From: Octopus bimaculoides
Lineage: Eukaryota
Assembly (NCBI RefSeq): GCF_001194135.2
Contig: NC_068984.1
Span: 84,424,184 to 84,488,183, forward strand
Reading direction: 5' to 3'
Length of the DNA stretch: 64,000 nt
A program made the translations under genes and the position numbers. The stretch's first letter is position 1; each line of letters opens with the position of its first letter. The notes under the pieces were generated by a model. That model was not told where the DNA came from, searched no databases, and saw only the letters and a list, made by a program, of their open reading frames with translations. Below, in pieces: positions 1 through 11,664 of this stretch.

Positions 1-48
1 ATATATATATATATATATATTTGCCTCTCCAAGAGAGAGAAAATGACA

Positions 49-200
49 GGCTTTTTTCAGTTTCCGTTTATCATATCCACTCAGAAGGCTTTGGTCGGCC
101 TGAGGCTATAGTAGAAGACACTTACCCAAGGTATCACACTGTGAGACTGAACCCGGAACCATGTGGTTGGAAAGTAAGCTTCTTACAACAAGGCTACGCC
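49..200 (-). mobile_element. tRNA-headed SINE, 5' part
   Basis: Reverse complement of the SINE head and body seen at 4504/5288. Confidence 0.75.
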
Positions 201-952
201 TTCACCTACTAATAAGTTTGTGTAATTACATTTGACTATTCATCCAAATCCTCTCCACCCAGCATGCCTGACTAAAAGCATATTAAAAGCAGTTTTTTCA
301 CCTCTTTGCTCTTGTATGTAATAATATATGCAAAAATACAGAATGGTGATAGTGAATTATCAGTTTTGACATGCACATACATACTTACATACGTACATAC
401 ATACTTACATACGTACATACATACTTACATACGTACATACATATGTATGTGAATGTGTATGTGAAGGCATGTGGTCTAGTGTTTCGCATGTTCAACTCAC
501 AATTACAAGATTGGGGTTTTGATTTCCAGACCAGCAGTGCATTGTGTTCTTAAGCAAAACACTTCATTTCATGTTACTCTAGCCCACTCAGCTGTAAATG
601 TGTTACCCTGTAATAGGCTAGTTTTCCATTCAAGGAGAATGGTCACTTGACCTCCTAGCCAGTGGAGTGTTATCATTCCAAAGCTACAACAATGCAAGGA
701 ACTGCATTGTTAGCAGTCGTACATAGCATTGTCCAATAGTCTGGCCAATACAGAATACAGATATATATATACATACGTATATATAGATAGATACATACAT
801 ACATACATATAGACAGATAGGCAGATAAGTTTTGACTTGTCTTATTGATTTTATATGTGTCTGTATATTTCTATATTTTTCACATGTATATACATATGTG
901 TGCATGTGTATGTATGTATGTATAAATATACATAATATCCTTTATATTTCAG

Positions 953-1098
953 CTTTACCTATGTTGGAGTCAGAACTAACAGAAGAAAAGTTTTTAGTTA
1001 ATGCCAAAGTCCAATATTTAAGATTCCTCATTCTATCAGGACACGACAGTTTTGCCTCTGTACACAAAGTAACAATAAATGGCACTTCAGTTCGCTAG
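953..1098 (+). CDS. IFT25: Terminal coding exon of intraflagellar transport protein 25 (IFT25/HSPB11); upstream exons lie before the window
   Basis: Acceptor tatttcAG at 951-952, then xLPMLESELTEEKFLVNAKVQYLRFLILSGHDSFASVHKVTINGTSVR*. This matches the recalled IFT25 C-terminus (human ..ATYLRFIIVSAFDHFASVHSVSAEG). AATAAA at 1218-1223. Confidence 0.85.
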
Positions 1099-1714
1099 CA
1101 CTATAACAGTTCTACATTTTCACATGTTCACATTTTTATTGATCCAAAGACCTTTTATGTCTGTTAAATATATAATTTATAATCAGGATTTACCTTTGGG
1201 CAGTTTGAATGTTATATAATAAAAGAATAATTGTATAATTGGTTGAATGTTTAAATATCTGAGAGGAATTGTAATTTATTGGAACTAAGACAGACTGCTA
1301 TTAAACACTTCTTATTTTGACCAGAAGTCTTAAGTGCTACTTTCTTTTGCTTGTTCACTTGTATTTTTTTAATATTTATCTATCTGTCTGTGTTTGTGTC
1401 TGTGAAGATGCATGCTCTAGTGATTAAGGTGTTGTATTCATGATCATTAGATCACAGGTTTGATTCTTGGACCAGATAGCACATTGTGCAATTGAACAAA
1501 ACACTTCATCTCATGTTACTCTAAGATTATTTCAAGATCTGATGTGTGGTACACTTACGCACCTGCACATGTCATGTTGATTTGATGGAGGGAGTGACAT
1601 ATGCACAAACATTTTATCACTATAAATTGATCATGAGGGTTGGTTGTTCAACATGAAGTTGCAGAACCATCTTCTGTTGTCTGATGACTGGAGCCTCCAT
1701 GACATGTATATCTG

Positions 1715-1820
1715 TACCTACCTACCTGCCTACCAACCTACCTGCCTACCTACCAACCTACCTACCTACCAACCTACCTACCTACCTACTTACCTACCTA
1801 CCTACCTACCCACCTACCTA
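1715..1820. repeat. (CCTA)n/(CCAA) microsatellite
   Basis: Direct reading; it produces the spurious TYLP ORF. Confidence 0.95.
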
Positions 1821-2523
1821 CGTAATGGGCGGACGCTAGTCAAAACGGCTCCACGTAAGTTGTCTATTTTTGTGTGTTTAAAAGTTTCATTGTCAAATAT
1901 TTTGTGTCAAAAAGTTGTCCAACAACATACACTTCCAAACTTGATTAATATTTACATAAGATTTTACCCCTCTGTGAGCAAAATTTCCAAAACTTTGAAG
2001 GTTTTTGTTGATTCATTTTAGCCATTTTTCGTTTTGAATATGGCAACTGGAAACTACGAGGCCAGCATGCAAGTCATGCAGAACGCTAGCGAGGCGCTAA
2101 AAACAACCGAGGAAGATTTTCCTAGCCTCCTGCTACCATTAGTTACTGAACCTGACAGCTTGAACGCCACTGCCACCACCACCAACAACAACAAAACTAA
2201 TGTCGCAAGGCCATCCACCATCACCACCACCAAAGACTTCAAGTCTGCCATCAACACCAACACTACTACTACAACAACTTCTGCTGTTACAACTACCTCC
2301 ACTGCTACCACCACCACCACCAAGGACCAATCAAATTTTGCTGAAGCAATAAAACAAAAAAGAACAATAGTCAAATCCACCGCCCAACAAATAAATGACA
2401 CAAAAGCTCTTCTTAGCAAAGAAGGAGATAATTTACATCACCACATTCCAAAAAACATCTTAGAAAACATGCAAAAAAGAACAATCATTTATAGAATTAT
2501 CAACATGAAAACAAGAAGACCAC
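1821..2523 (+). mobile_element. 5' fragment (5' UTR and ORF1 N-terminus) of a putative L1/Tx1-type LINE
   Basis: Begins right after a (CCTA)n tract. The Thr-rich ORF ends in ILENMQKRTIIYRIINMKTRR, similar by eye to VMKSMEEKTIVYKVYSVKEKN in the CCHC-containing ORF at 18003-19077. Confidence 0.45.
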
Positions 2524-3017
2524 ATTTATGTGGAAATGTTGGACGAGGTGTTACTCTGGGTCATAGAAACCTTTGGTGACCATTATATCTTCACTCAAGA
2601 TGAGGCTCCAACCCACATCCAATTTGACACAGAGGTGGTGCATAGAGCATTTCAGTGGTTTTTGAGACAAGATGGTATGGGCTCCCTCAAGTCCAGACAT
2701 CAATCCCATGGACTCTGCTATCTGGTCCATCTGAGAGAGTAATGTTTCTGTTCATTCTTATTCAAATGTGTCAGATCTGAAGAAAGCCCTTCTGTCTTCA
2801 TGGGTCAAGTTGGTTGAAGAGGTGGCACTGCACTCATGCAACTCAGTGACCACTCATTTGCAGGCTATGAACAAGGTGAAAGGTGGTCATTTTGAAATAT
2901 AATTACTGCAATGACAGTTTACATTAGAATATGTGTGCCAACTTTCATAATCCTACTTAAGTCTATTTTGAATAATTAAGAAATATCAATGGGTAAATCT
3001 TTCTGGGACACCCTGTA
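2524..3017 (+). mobile_element. 3' fragment of a Tc1/mariner-superfamily transposon, maT-like (DD37D), pseudogenised
   Basis: Reads FTQDEAPTH..(frameshift)..WAPSSPDINPMDSAIWSI...KGGHFEI*. About 37 residues separate the two Asp after frameshift repair. TIR-like end ctgggacaccctg followed by TA at 3016-3017. Confidence 0.75.
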
Positions 3018-3044
3018 TATGCATGTATATGTATGTATATACGT

Positions 3045-3430
3045 GTGTGTTCTTTTATTTGTTTCAGTCATTTGACCATGGCCATGCTGGAGCACCGGCT
3101 TTAGCCGAAGAAATCGACCTCAGGTGTTATTCTTTGTAAGCCAAGTACTTATTCTATCAACCTGTTTTGCTGAACTGCTAAGTTACAGGAATGTAAAAAT
3201 ACCAACATCAGTTGTCAAGTGATGGTGTGGTTCAAACACAGACACAGAAACATACATATATGTATATATACAAAGGGCTTTTTTCAGTTTCCATCTACCA
3301 GATCCACTCACAAGACTTTGGTCGGTTCCTGGCTATAGTAGAAGTCACTTGCCCAAGGTGCCACGCAGTTGGACTGAACCCGGAACCATGTGGTTGGGAA
3401 GCAAGCTTCTTACCACACTGCCATGCTTGC
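3045..3430 (-). mobile_element. tRNA-headed SINE, near full length
   Basis: Reverse complement of the 4504-5622 family, with head, CA/TA linker and 3' part. Confidence 0.8.
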
Positions 3431-3659
3431 ACCTACATAAACAGAGCCTCGAGATGAGGCTAGAAGGCTCAATATATTAGAATCATACCATTTTGCAGTG
3501 TGAAGCTTGAAGTCAATAGGCAAAAGAGTGAACTTGCAAATGAGCTAGAGAAATGATTTATGGGTTATCTCTTTATGTAGGGATTCCAGGGTGTATAAAT
3601 AGTAGTAGGATAAAACTAGTACTAAAGTAAAACAGGAATCGCCAATATGTCTAGAAAAC

Positions 3660-4345
3660 AAATAGTATTTATGATTTCGTAAATAGAGCTAATTAATATT
3701 TATCCAAAACCAAACCTGTAGAGTTTTTATAATGGTGTACTTACTGAAATATTCTAGAGACCAAACGTCTGTTGTCCGTAATGGAACTGACCAAAGTCCT
3801 TCCATCTCTACAATTGGACAATTATATTTAAACCAAGGGTAAGTTAAGACCGTTACAAGGGTAGACGTAAATAAAGAAGAAAAATGAACCAGTAAATAAA
3901 AAGGTGTGGGGGAGAAGACTGTCATAAGTGGCACGAGGCCTCTTATGCCCTTCCACACCATCTCAACATAACATAAAATAAACAATAAAAATAAGATGAC
4001 TAGCAAGCAATGCGGCTATCAACTTTTTTACAGTTAAGGGGAGACTACTGATAGTGGGGTGAATACTAGTAGAAATTACCTACGAAATATAATGCCAAAT
4101 CTGCTATCTTAAATAGCCAGCATACTTCCACGTGGTGGTAATACTAGACAAACTAGTAAATGTCTATTTCTGAAAGAGTGTTGGTGTGCAGCTACTCTAC
4201 TTTTCATTTCATTTTGGGTAGCTCCTATGTATATTCTTTTACTAAACTGTGTTGTGACTGTGCACTGGTAAATTACATCCTTACTTTTACAGGTATTTCC
4301 AAGGCACAATTATCCTTGTACTTTTGCCTTCTCGTATGTCTTAAG
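3660..4345 (-). mobile_element. Degenerate Penelope-like element, GIY-YIG endonuclease relic
   Basis: CLGNTCKSKDVIYQCTVTTQFSKRIYIGATQNEMKSRVAAHQHSF shows the IY..YIG and R...H..SF pattern of PLE endonucleases. The downstream part is heavily decayed, so boundaries are approximate. Confidence 0.6.
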
Positions 4346-4503
4346 AGGCAGAATGCACTCAGTAACGTGTAAACATTTACTTGTTTGCGGCTGTGTATCA
4401 CTGAAACTGTGCCAAGAATTGAGTTACTCGTTAGAAAAAGCCAAGCTTATTCATCTCACTAAAACATGTAAGATTAAATTAAGTTAAATTTATTTTTCAC
4501 ATA

Positions 4504-5622
4504 GGCGCAGGAGTGGCTGTGTGGTAAGTAGCTTGCTTACCGAGGCCTCTCCGGTGGGAAGTGTGCCCCCGGAGAGGAAAACTCTGCCAGCGGGAATTGT
4601 GCCGATGACAGAGTAGCGTGACGTCCCTTCCAGTGAGGATAATGATTATGTTATGTACTATGAGGGAGGGGCGGTGAATGAATTCTTGGACCGCGAGTGC
4701 GGCCAAGATAGGAGCTACTCGGAATGTGCGAGTAGTTCCACACGGCCTCCGCAGGTGACTGCGGAAGTTATAAATGACAACATAATGACAAAAGTCATAG
4801 AAAAATATAACCATAAAGATTTCTTCTACCTCGCCGCAAATTCAAGCCTAACAATAGACACTTGTTTGGCAGGGGTAGCATATCTGCTTGCAGAGGGGTG
4901 GAATGAGGAAAATTATGATATTTTTAATTGTTAATATATTGAAATTGTGTAAAAATTGTAATTTTAAAAGGAAAAAAAAAAGAACATTGTTTNNNNNNNN
5001 NNNNNNNNNNNNNNNNNNNNNNNNNNNNNNNNNNNNNNNNNNNNNNNNNNNNNNNNNNNNNNNNNNNNNNNNNNNNNNNNNNNNNNNNNNNNNNNNNNNN
5101 NNNNNNNNNNNNNNNNNNNNNNNNNNNNNNNNNNNNNNNNNNNNNNNNNNNNNNNNNNNNNNNNNNNNNNNNNNNNNNNNNNNNNNNNNNNNNNNNNNNN
5201 NNNNNNNNNNNNNNNNNNNNNNNNNNNNNNNNNNNNNNNNNNNNNNNNNNNNNNNNNNNNNNNNNNNNNNNNNNNNNNNNNNNNNNNTTCTGGGTTCAGT
5301 CCACTGCGTGGCACCTTGGGCAAGTGTCTTCTACTATAGCCTCGGGCCGACCAAAGCCTTGTGAGTGGATTTGGTAGACGGAAACTGAAAGAAGCCCGTC
5401 GTATATATGTATATGTGTGTGTGTGTGTGTTTGTCCCCCAACATCGCTTGACAACCGATGCTGGTGTGTTTACGTCCCCGTAAGTTAGCTGTTCGGCAAA
5501 AAAGAGACCGATAGAATAAGTACTAGGCTTACAAAGAATAAGTCCTGGGGTCGATTTCTTCGATTAAAAAGGCGGTGCTCCAGCTTGGCCACAGTCAAAT
5601 GACTGAAACAAGTAAAAGAGTA
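4504..5622 (+). mobile_element. tRNA-headed SINE, interrupted at 4541
   Basis: A-box-like tggctgtgtgg and B-box-like gggttcagtcc. Body and 3' end (gactgaaacaagtaaaaga) are shared with copies at 3045-3430 and 52627-52870. Confidence 0.8.
4542..4992 (+). mobile_element. ORF-bearing insertion inside a tRNA-derived SINE head; putative LINE ORF1-like 5' fragment
   Basis: The SINE consensus breaks at gcttgcttacc (4541) and resumes after the gap at 5288. The insert is GC-richer than its flanks, has a 93-aa ORF and ends in an A-rich tract. Confidence 0.4.
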
Positions 5623-7257
5623 TAAACATATGGCTCGAAATTTTGCGGGAGGGAACAGCTAGTTATATCGAATCCTAGTCTTTGAACTGGTGCTTTATTT
5701 CATCGATCTCAGAAGGAAGAAGAGCAAAGTTAGCCACGATAGGGTTTGAATTCTTTATATTAAATCAATAAAAATAGAATCTATTCTCTGCTCTATGGTA
5801 TGCTTTACACTGTATTCTTCACACCTAATACACCAATATTACCAGATATGACAAAGTAAAGGTATGAGAATTCCTGGGTAGTTTCGTTAACAAGAAATAT
5901 ATATACAATACAAATCATTAAATACGAAGCAGAAGAAAGGAAAAAGATTTTGCCTGTTTTCGCAACATAACTCAGTATCAAATTTTCATGTCAGTTTCAG
6001 GGTATTTAAAGCTATTAAAAATATGTATAAATCCAAAATTAGTAAAATTATCTCCCAGATAAGCGAAATTTACCCTGGAGGTAAATTTTCCCTCAGTTTG
6101 GTATTGTATTGTGCTAACAGAACTGCTTCATTACTGACTTTCATTACAATACTTCAATAAGAACCATTTAACGACTACAGCTAAAATATGATAAAGACTT
6201 TTGGGCCGTTTCTCCCTCTACATTGCATGTATGCACATACACAACAGACATGGTATACAAACTATATGGCAAGTTCTGGAGAAAAAAGAGAACACCGATT
6301 GCTTCGACATAAAGAATGGTTGGTATTACGTATCATCAATTCAAATGACGTCAGATTAGAAATTCGTAGTTCGCAATTGAACGATTTCTTTTCTGTTAAT
6401 TCCTGTTTGCATCGCCTTAGCTCTTTTCTTTTGTCTGAGGTTTCAGGTAAGTTGACGAGTTATACTCATTGCTTTGTTCTTCTAATCGCAGTTATTTTCT
6501 GTGTTGTGTTTAATCTGACTGACATTGTCCGTTGAAACATAGAGGTCTGTATCTTCAATAGATTTCGAGAACCGCTTTCCAAGGGTTATTGGTCAGTACC
6601 GATCGCCGATTAAGCAGACCTATAATTAAAAACAGTTCGGCTGTAACTATCTTGTCTTATATTTTTCAATCAGATTATCTAGCATCACTCATTATCCAAA
6701 GTATCCTTTCTTTAATATGCTAAGGTGTGATTTAAAGGAGATTTGATTGCCATTTCTAGAAAGCCACACGACCGAATAAATGCACTTACATTCATCTCTG
6801 ATAGATTGATGTTGGACTATTCGTTTAGTCCACTGCTCATATTCCATCATCGGCACTTTGTCTATGCAGTAGCGTAACTAGGAGGGGCAAGGGGACGGTC
6901 CACTCTGAGCGATGTTTTTATGGGGTCGGCGTTTTTGGGTCTGTTGCATAAGCCTGTATAAAAGGGGTACGGCAAACTCAAGTTATTCTACTGTGTCTAT
7001 GACCTAGATTTCTAACACTTGTAAATTGGTAACAAGTGGCAGTACAGCTAACCATTTTAAGTTGCTGGAACATTGTGTAAATGGCAAGTGTTTGTGCAAT
7101 GCTAAGACAAGATTCCTCCTATGGTTGTGCCTTAAATATAGAGGTGCTCTAGTAAGCAGACTTGGCTTAGTTTAATGACAATCTTACCAGTTATTGTTCT
7201 TTGATAAGTACTGACGTTCAATATTTAGTGTACGCTGTACTTCTATCCAGTCTCTAC

Positions 7258-7295
<38 letters not shown>

Positions 7296-8061
7296 CCGGA
7301 GTAAGCACATAAATGTGAAACAAGGTGGAAAAAAAGAGTACTCAAATACCAGAGGTAGAGTAGTATGCTTTATTTAAAAGCAGCAGAAATATCACAAAAA
7401 CTGTTACTCAGAGTTTCACGTTCCCGTTCGTTGGACAGTTTTGATAGAATGGAACAGAAATGACGATATAATCAAACAAAAACAGGAAAAAAAACTACTT
7501 TAAAAGATACACCTTTGAAAATGGTTTTGTTTCATTGGTCCTTTCAACTAATGGTCTTAAGCATGCAATGAACAAAATAGATTCAGTATAAATTCATCCT
7601 ATTGTAAAATCGAAGAAAACCTTAAATCGAAGGACAGATTCCTAATACATATGGTAAATAATCATATACGAAATATAAGTCAATTAATACATTAAAATTA
7701 AAGTTAAAAATTTTCACGCTGTATTACATAAATATTTTTTCAGCAGTATATACGCATACTAGACCATCTATAATATACATATATGTACACCAAAGTACAC
7801 TGATACATGTTCATAGTTATATACATATTGAGACACATATATAAGACATAAATATATACACAAATACACACATATATATATATACACGCACGCGCACAAA
7901 ACCTCTTAGTGTATACATATACAGGACGGTTATTACAGACGGGAGAAATAGGAAGTATACCTTAAGCGTAGGGAGGTGGGGGAGAAAAAGAAAAAGAAAC
8001 AGAGACGTAAAAACTAGCGAGCGAAAGAGAAGAGAAAAAAGAAGTTTGTTAAAAGAAGTTA

Positions 8062-8099
<38 letters not shown>

Positions 8100-10194
8100 G
8101 ATTTGACTCAGGTTCAGTCTTATTCCTGGCAGGATTTTTGTGGGTAGCGGGTTACTACCTGTAACCTTAAGTATCCACTAGCTTTCAATAGTCTTTCAAG
8201 TACTTAAAACCCTCCTGATAATCTTTCCTGTCCCTAAGAGGCAAATCTTCTGTAGAAGCCCTACAGGACATTCTATTCCAATCTCCTTCAACCATTTGTC
8301 TATACCTTTGCTTATTGTTCCCAATACACCAATTATTATAGGTACAACCTTTACAGTTTTCATATTCCACATTCTTGCAATTCCAAATTTTAAGGGATTG
8401 TATTTTTTTGTTTTTCATCTTCTTTCTTTACGAGCCTGGAATCAAACGGACATAATGGATAAATTAATAAGCAACTTCGCTTTTCCTTGTCTATTATTAT
8501 TGTGTCTGGTCTATTATTTTCTAGCTTCTTGTCCGTTTGAATAGGAAAGTCCCACAAAATCTTACAATTCTCCGACTCCAGCACTCTTTCGGCCCCGATG
8601 TTCACACCGTGTATCTCTCACTTCAGATCCCTATTTCTGGCATAGTTTCCAGTGTAAAACGTTTACAGATTGGCCATGTCTCCATTTCTTATATTCTTCC
8701 TGTGCCAACTTGGGACATTCTGCAACAATGTGTACCACTGCCTCCTTTCAAATTTCGCAGACTCTAGTTTTTTGACACATTCTCCCCATATTAATTTTTC
8801 CTCAAGTTTTTTTTTATCGTTTGATCCTGGGCTGCTACAGTCAGGTTCTCTATTTCCTTTTTTAATTGCCCTTTTTTTTTTATCCAAGCCCTGGATTTTG
8901 TTCCACATACATCTTCAGTGGCTCTCTAAAATTGACAACGCAGAAGTTTCTCTTCTATCTGTTTAACGTGCGCTCTTTGAATTCCATTCTTGTCCTTTTC
9001 TCCTATTCTACACTTCATCATTTGCTCCTCATTCACCTTCTTTAGTAGTTTCTATGTGCTGTTCTGTAAATATTCTAGCGAGCTTTTTCTTTCCATCTAT
9101 ACACACTCTTCCACAGCAATTAAGCCTCTTCCACTCTGATCTCTCTTCAAGTGCAATCGGTTGATATCAGCTTTCGGATGGTGGGCACCATTTATTGTCA
9201 ACAACTTTCTAGTTTTTCTCTCAAGTTTCTGTATATCATTTGTAGTCCAGTTTACAATTCCAACTCTATATCTGATTAGGGTAGACTGGGTAAAGAGCCC
9301 ACCTGGGGTAAAAGGCCTACCCTGCTTTGCATGGAGATGCATCAATACCCACATTTTCTGTTACAATACTTCCTGCCTTGATCAAATTATTTGTTTCTGT
9401 GATGTTGTTTTTCTGATGTATTTCAGAATTTCATTGACATTTTCCGTTTCTTGGTTGAATTTCTACCGGTCAACCTTTTTAAGGTTGCAAATAATGTCGC
9501 TATCGTTCTCCTGTAGTCTTGCCTTTATTCTGTCGTAGGTTGCCTTTTGTCCATCTGTCACGTCGCCATTAGTTTTATTGTCTTCTTTTAGATCATCTAT
9601 TTGTCTCTCGTCAAGCAAACTACCACTGTTCCTTTCCTGTGTTATGAGATTACTATTATTAGTAAGAATTGTACTTTCATCGTTATCTCTGCCTGCTATT
9701 TTCCAAGACCCGTCATTTGATGGCTTCGAGCTCTACTTCTGTGAACCAACGATATTTTTCTTATTGCTCTAGCTTGATCACATAGTTTCTGTTCCATGGG
9801 TTGAAACAATCCCTTTTCCCTCCAATGATCATACATACGTTGTCGGTAACCCCTAATTTGAGCACCATTTTACATCTACCGGGTTGCTCAGGTTGTAACA
9901 CTCCATGACCACAGCATTAACTTGCTTGCTCCATCTACGCCACGTGTGGTTGTCCCTTTTTGGATATCGACAGGCTGGAGCCAGACCAGAATTTCTGAGC
10001 CTGCCGGGTGCAACACTGTCACCATTAATGGCTTCAGTTTCATTACCACCGTTATTCGCAATATTTTGTCTATTTATTGTCACTCCTATGAGGTAGCGAT
10101 TATCAGGTTGCGCAATTACCAGTGTTTTTATTGTAACACCATCACTAGATGTATCATTAATCAGGACATGGGGAGACACCACCCGCTTCCTTTC
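8100..10194 (-). mobile_element. Dong/R4-clade non-LTR retrotransposon (RLE endonuclease), internally deleted (no RT core), in a (TAA)n tract
   Basis: N-terminal WSKQVNAVVMECYNLSNP; post-RT IRYRVGIVNWT..RKTRKLLTINGAHHPKADINRLHLKRDQSGRGL; RLE motif KILWDFPIQTDKKLENNRPDTIIIDKEKRSCLLI. TAA repeats lie on both flanks (8065-8099 and 10195-10210). Confidence 0.85.
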
Positions 10195-10647
10195 ATTATT
10201 ATTATTATTATCATCATCACTGATATCACTGATATTATTACTTTTACTTTTTTACTATTTGTCATTGTTAAATTAACAGACTCAGGGGTTATACAGGCCT
10301 GTGCAGGGCAGGGGTGGCACCAATTTCCAGCACTCTTCACGTGGACAGCCGCATAGAAAATTACACACTATTTTATCTAGCCTTTCTCAGCGATGTTCTG
10401 TCATGCAGAACAACTTTCCAGAGAGTCCATTGCTCACTTGTAATCTTCTTCGGTGAACAGGCTCTTCTTCAGTCTTCTATCGCTGTTGTCAATTACTGCC
10501 TTTATTGTTGTATCTATGTGTAATAGCAGCAGTGGTGGCAGCAATAGAAACAGTAGTAGGGGTGGGGTTAGTGGTAGTAGTGGTAGTTAAGCCTCAGATT
10601 CCAGTGCAATCAGAATAGTAGTAGTTGTAGTATTAGCAGCTGCAGCA

Positions 10648-10701
<54 letters not shown>

Positions 10702-10760
10702 CATCATCATCATCATTATCACCATCACCACCACTACTACTGTTATTATCATTATTACCA
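10648..10760. repeat. (TTA)n/(TCA)n compound microsatellite
   Basis: Direct reading. Confidence 0.9.
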
Positions 10761-10879
10761 TTTCCAATTATTATTAAAAGATTTTATTAAATGTTCTTTA
10801 TTTTCAACTTTTGTCTTGTACTTGAGATAATCATAAATATGTGGTTGTTGAAGGAAATAGTTGGGGGAAGAGTAGCAGC

Positions 10880-11335
10880 TTGGTGAATAGATCAAATTCT
10901 ACAGGTCTATAAATAGATTCGGCAGATCGTGAGGAGATCAGCCATAGCGACAAAAGAATCTTCGCACCCTTTGGGTCAGCAGAGGTCAAAGAAGACTTTC
11001 ACCGGTGTGACATGAAAACTGATAAAACCAGGAACTTCCAAGGCCTCAGGTTTTATTTCGGAGATTTCCTTCTCTTGGGTAGATTACCAACCAAGGTTAA
11101 AGAGCTTCTACCTGCCCATGAGGTAAGCTATCCCATTCCAGACAGATCACTCTTGAGTGCTACTGGTAACATGTAATCCAGTACAACCTGTCGCATGGTT
11201 GGATCGTTTGCGACGAAACTAACCCCAGCAGGCTTGCTTGGGTGAAGAGGGTGTTGTTGGACACCCTGCAGGGTGAAAAATAAGACCCGTCAAAGGGCGG
11301 AGGAACTCATGAGCAGTCAACAGCCATCCAACAAA
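10880..11335 (+). mobile_element. Probable 5' UTR fragment of an RTE-clade LINE
   Basis: ccttctcttgggtagattaccaaccaaggttaaagagcttc..., followed by acccgtcaaagggcggaggaa, resembles recalled RTE 5' UTR motifs. No ORF follows. Confidence 0.4.
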
Positions 11336-11629
11336 ATATCTATAAATATGTATAGATCTTTTTTCTTTTTCCTTTTTTCTTATAGTTATACATATGTATA
11401 TTTTTACTTTTATATATATATTATTTATATTTAAATCTTACTTTATTTATATTTTTACTTATACTTTTTTTATATTTATATATATCATTTATATCTAATT
11501 CTTACTTATATTTGCAAATTACATATCGTACTTTTCTTTTTTTATGTATGAATGAGCTACTTCGCGTCGGTCACTGGAGTGATATTTGATCCCTTTATAG
11601 AGTGTTTGAGTGTCGGTTTGGTGCCTGGA

Positions 11630-11660
<31 letters not shown>

Positions 11661-11664
11661 TATA

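Noticed and set aside
371-553. ORF MHIHTYIRTY... and the many similar YIYIY, CVCVC, HTHTH and TYLP ORFs
   Set aside because: Translations of (CATA)n, (TA)n, (TG)n and (CCTA)n microsatellites, with no coding signature.
4504-4541. tRNA genes suggested by A/B-box motifs here and at 14786
   Set aside because: They continue into SINE bodies repeated through the window, and no cloverleaf with an acceptor stem was found.
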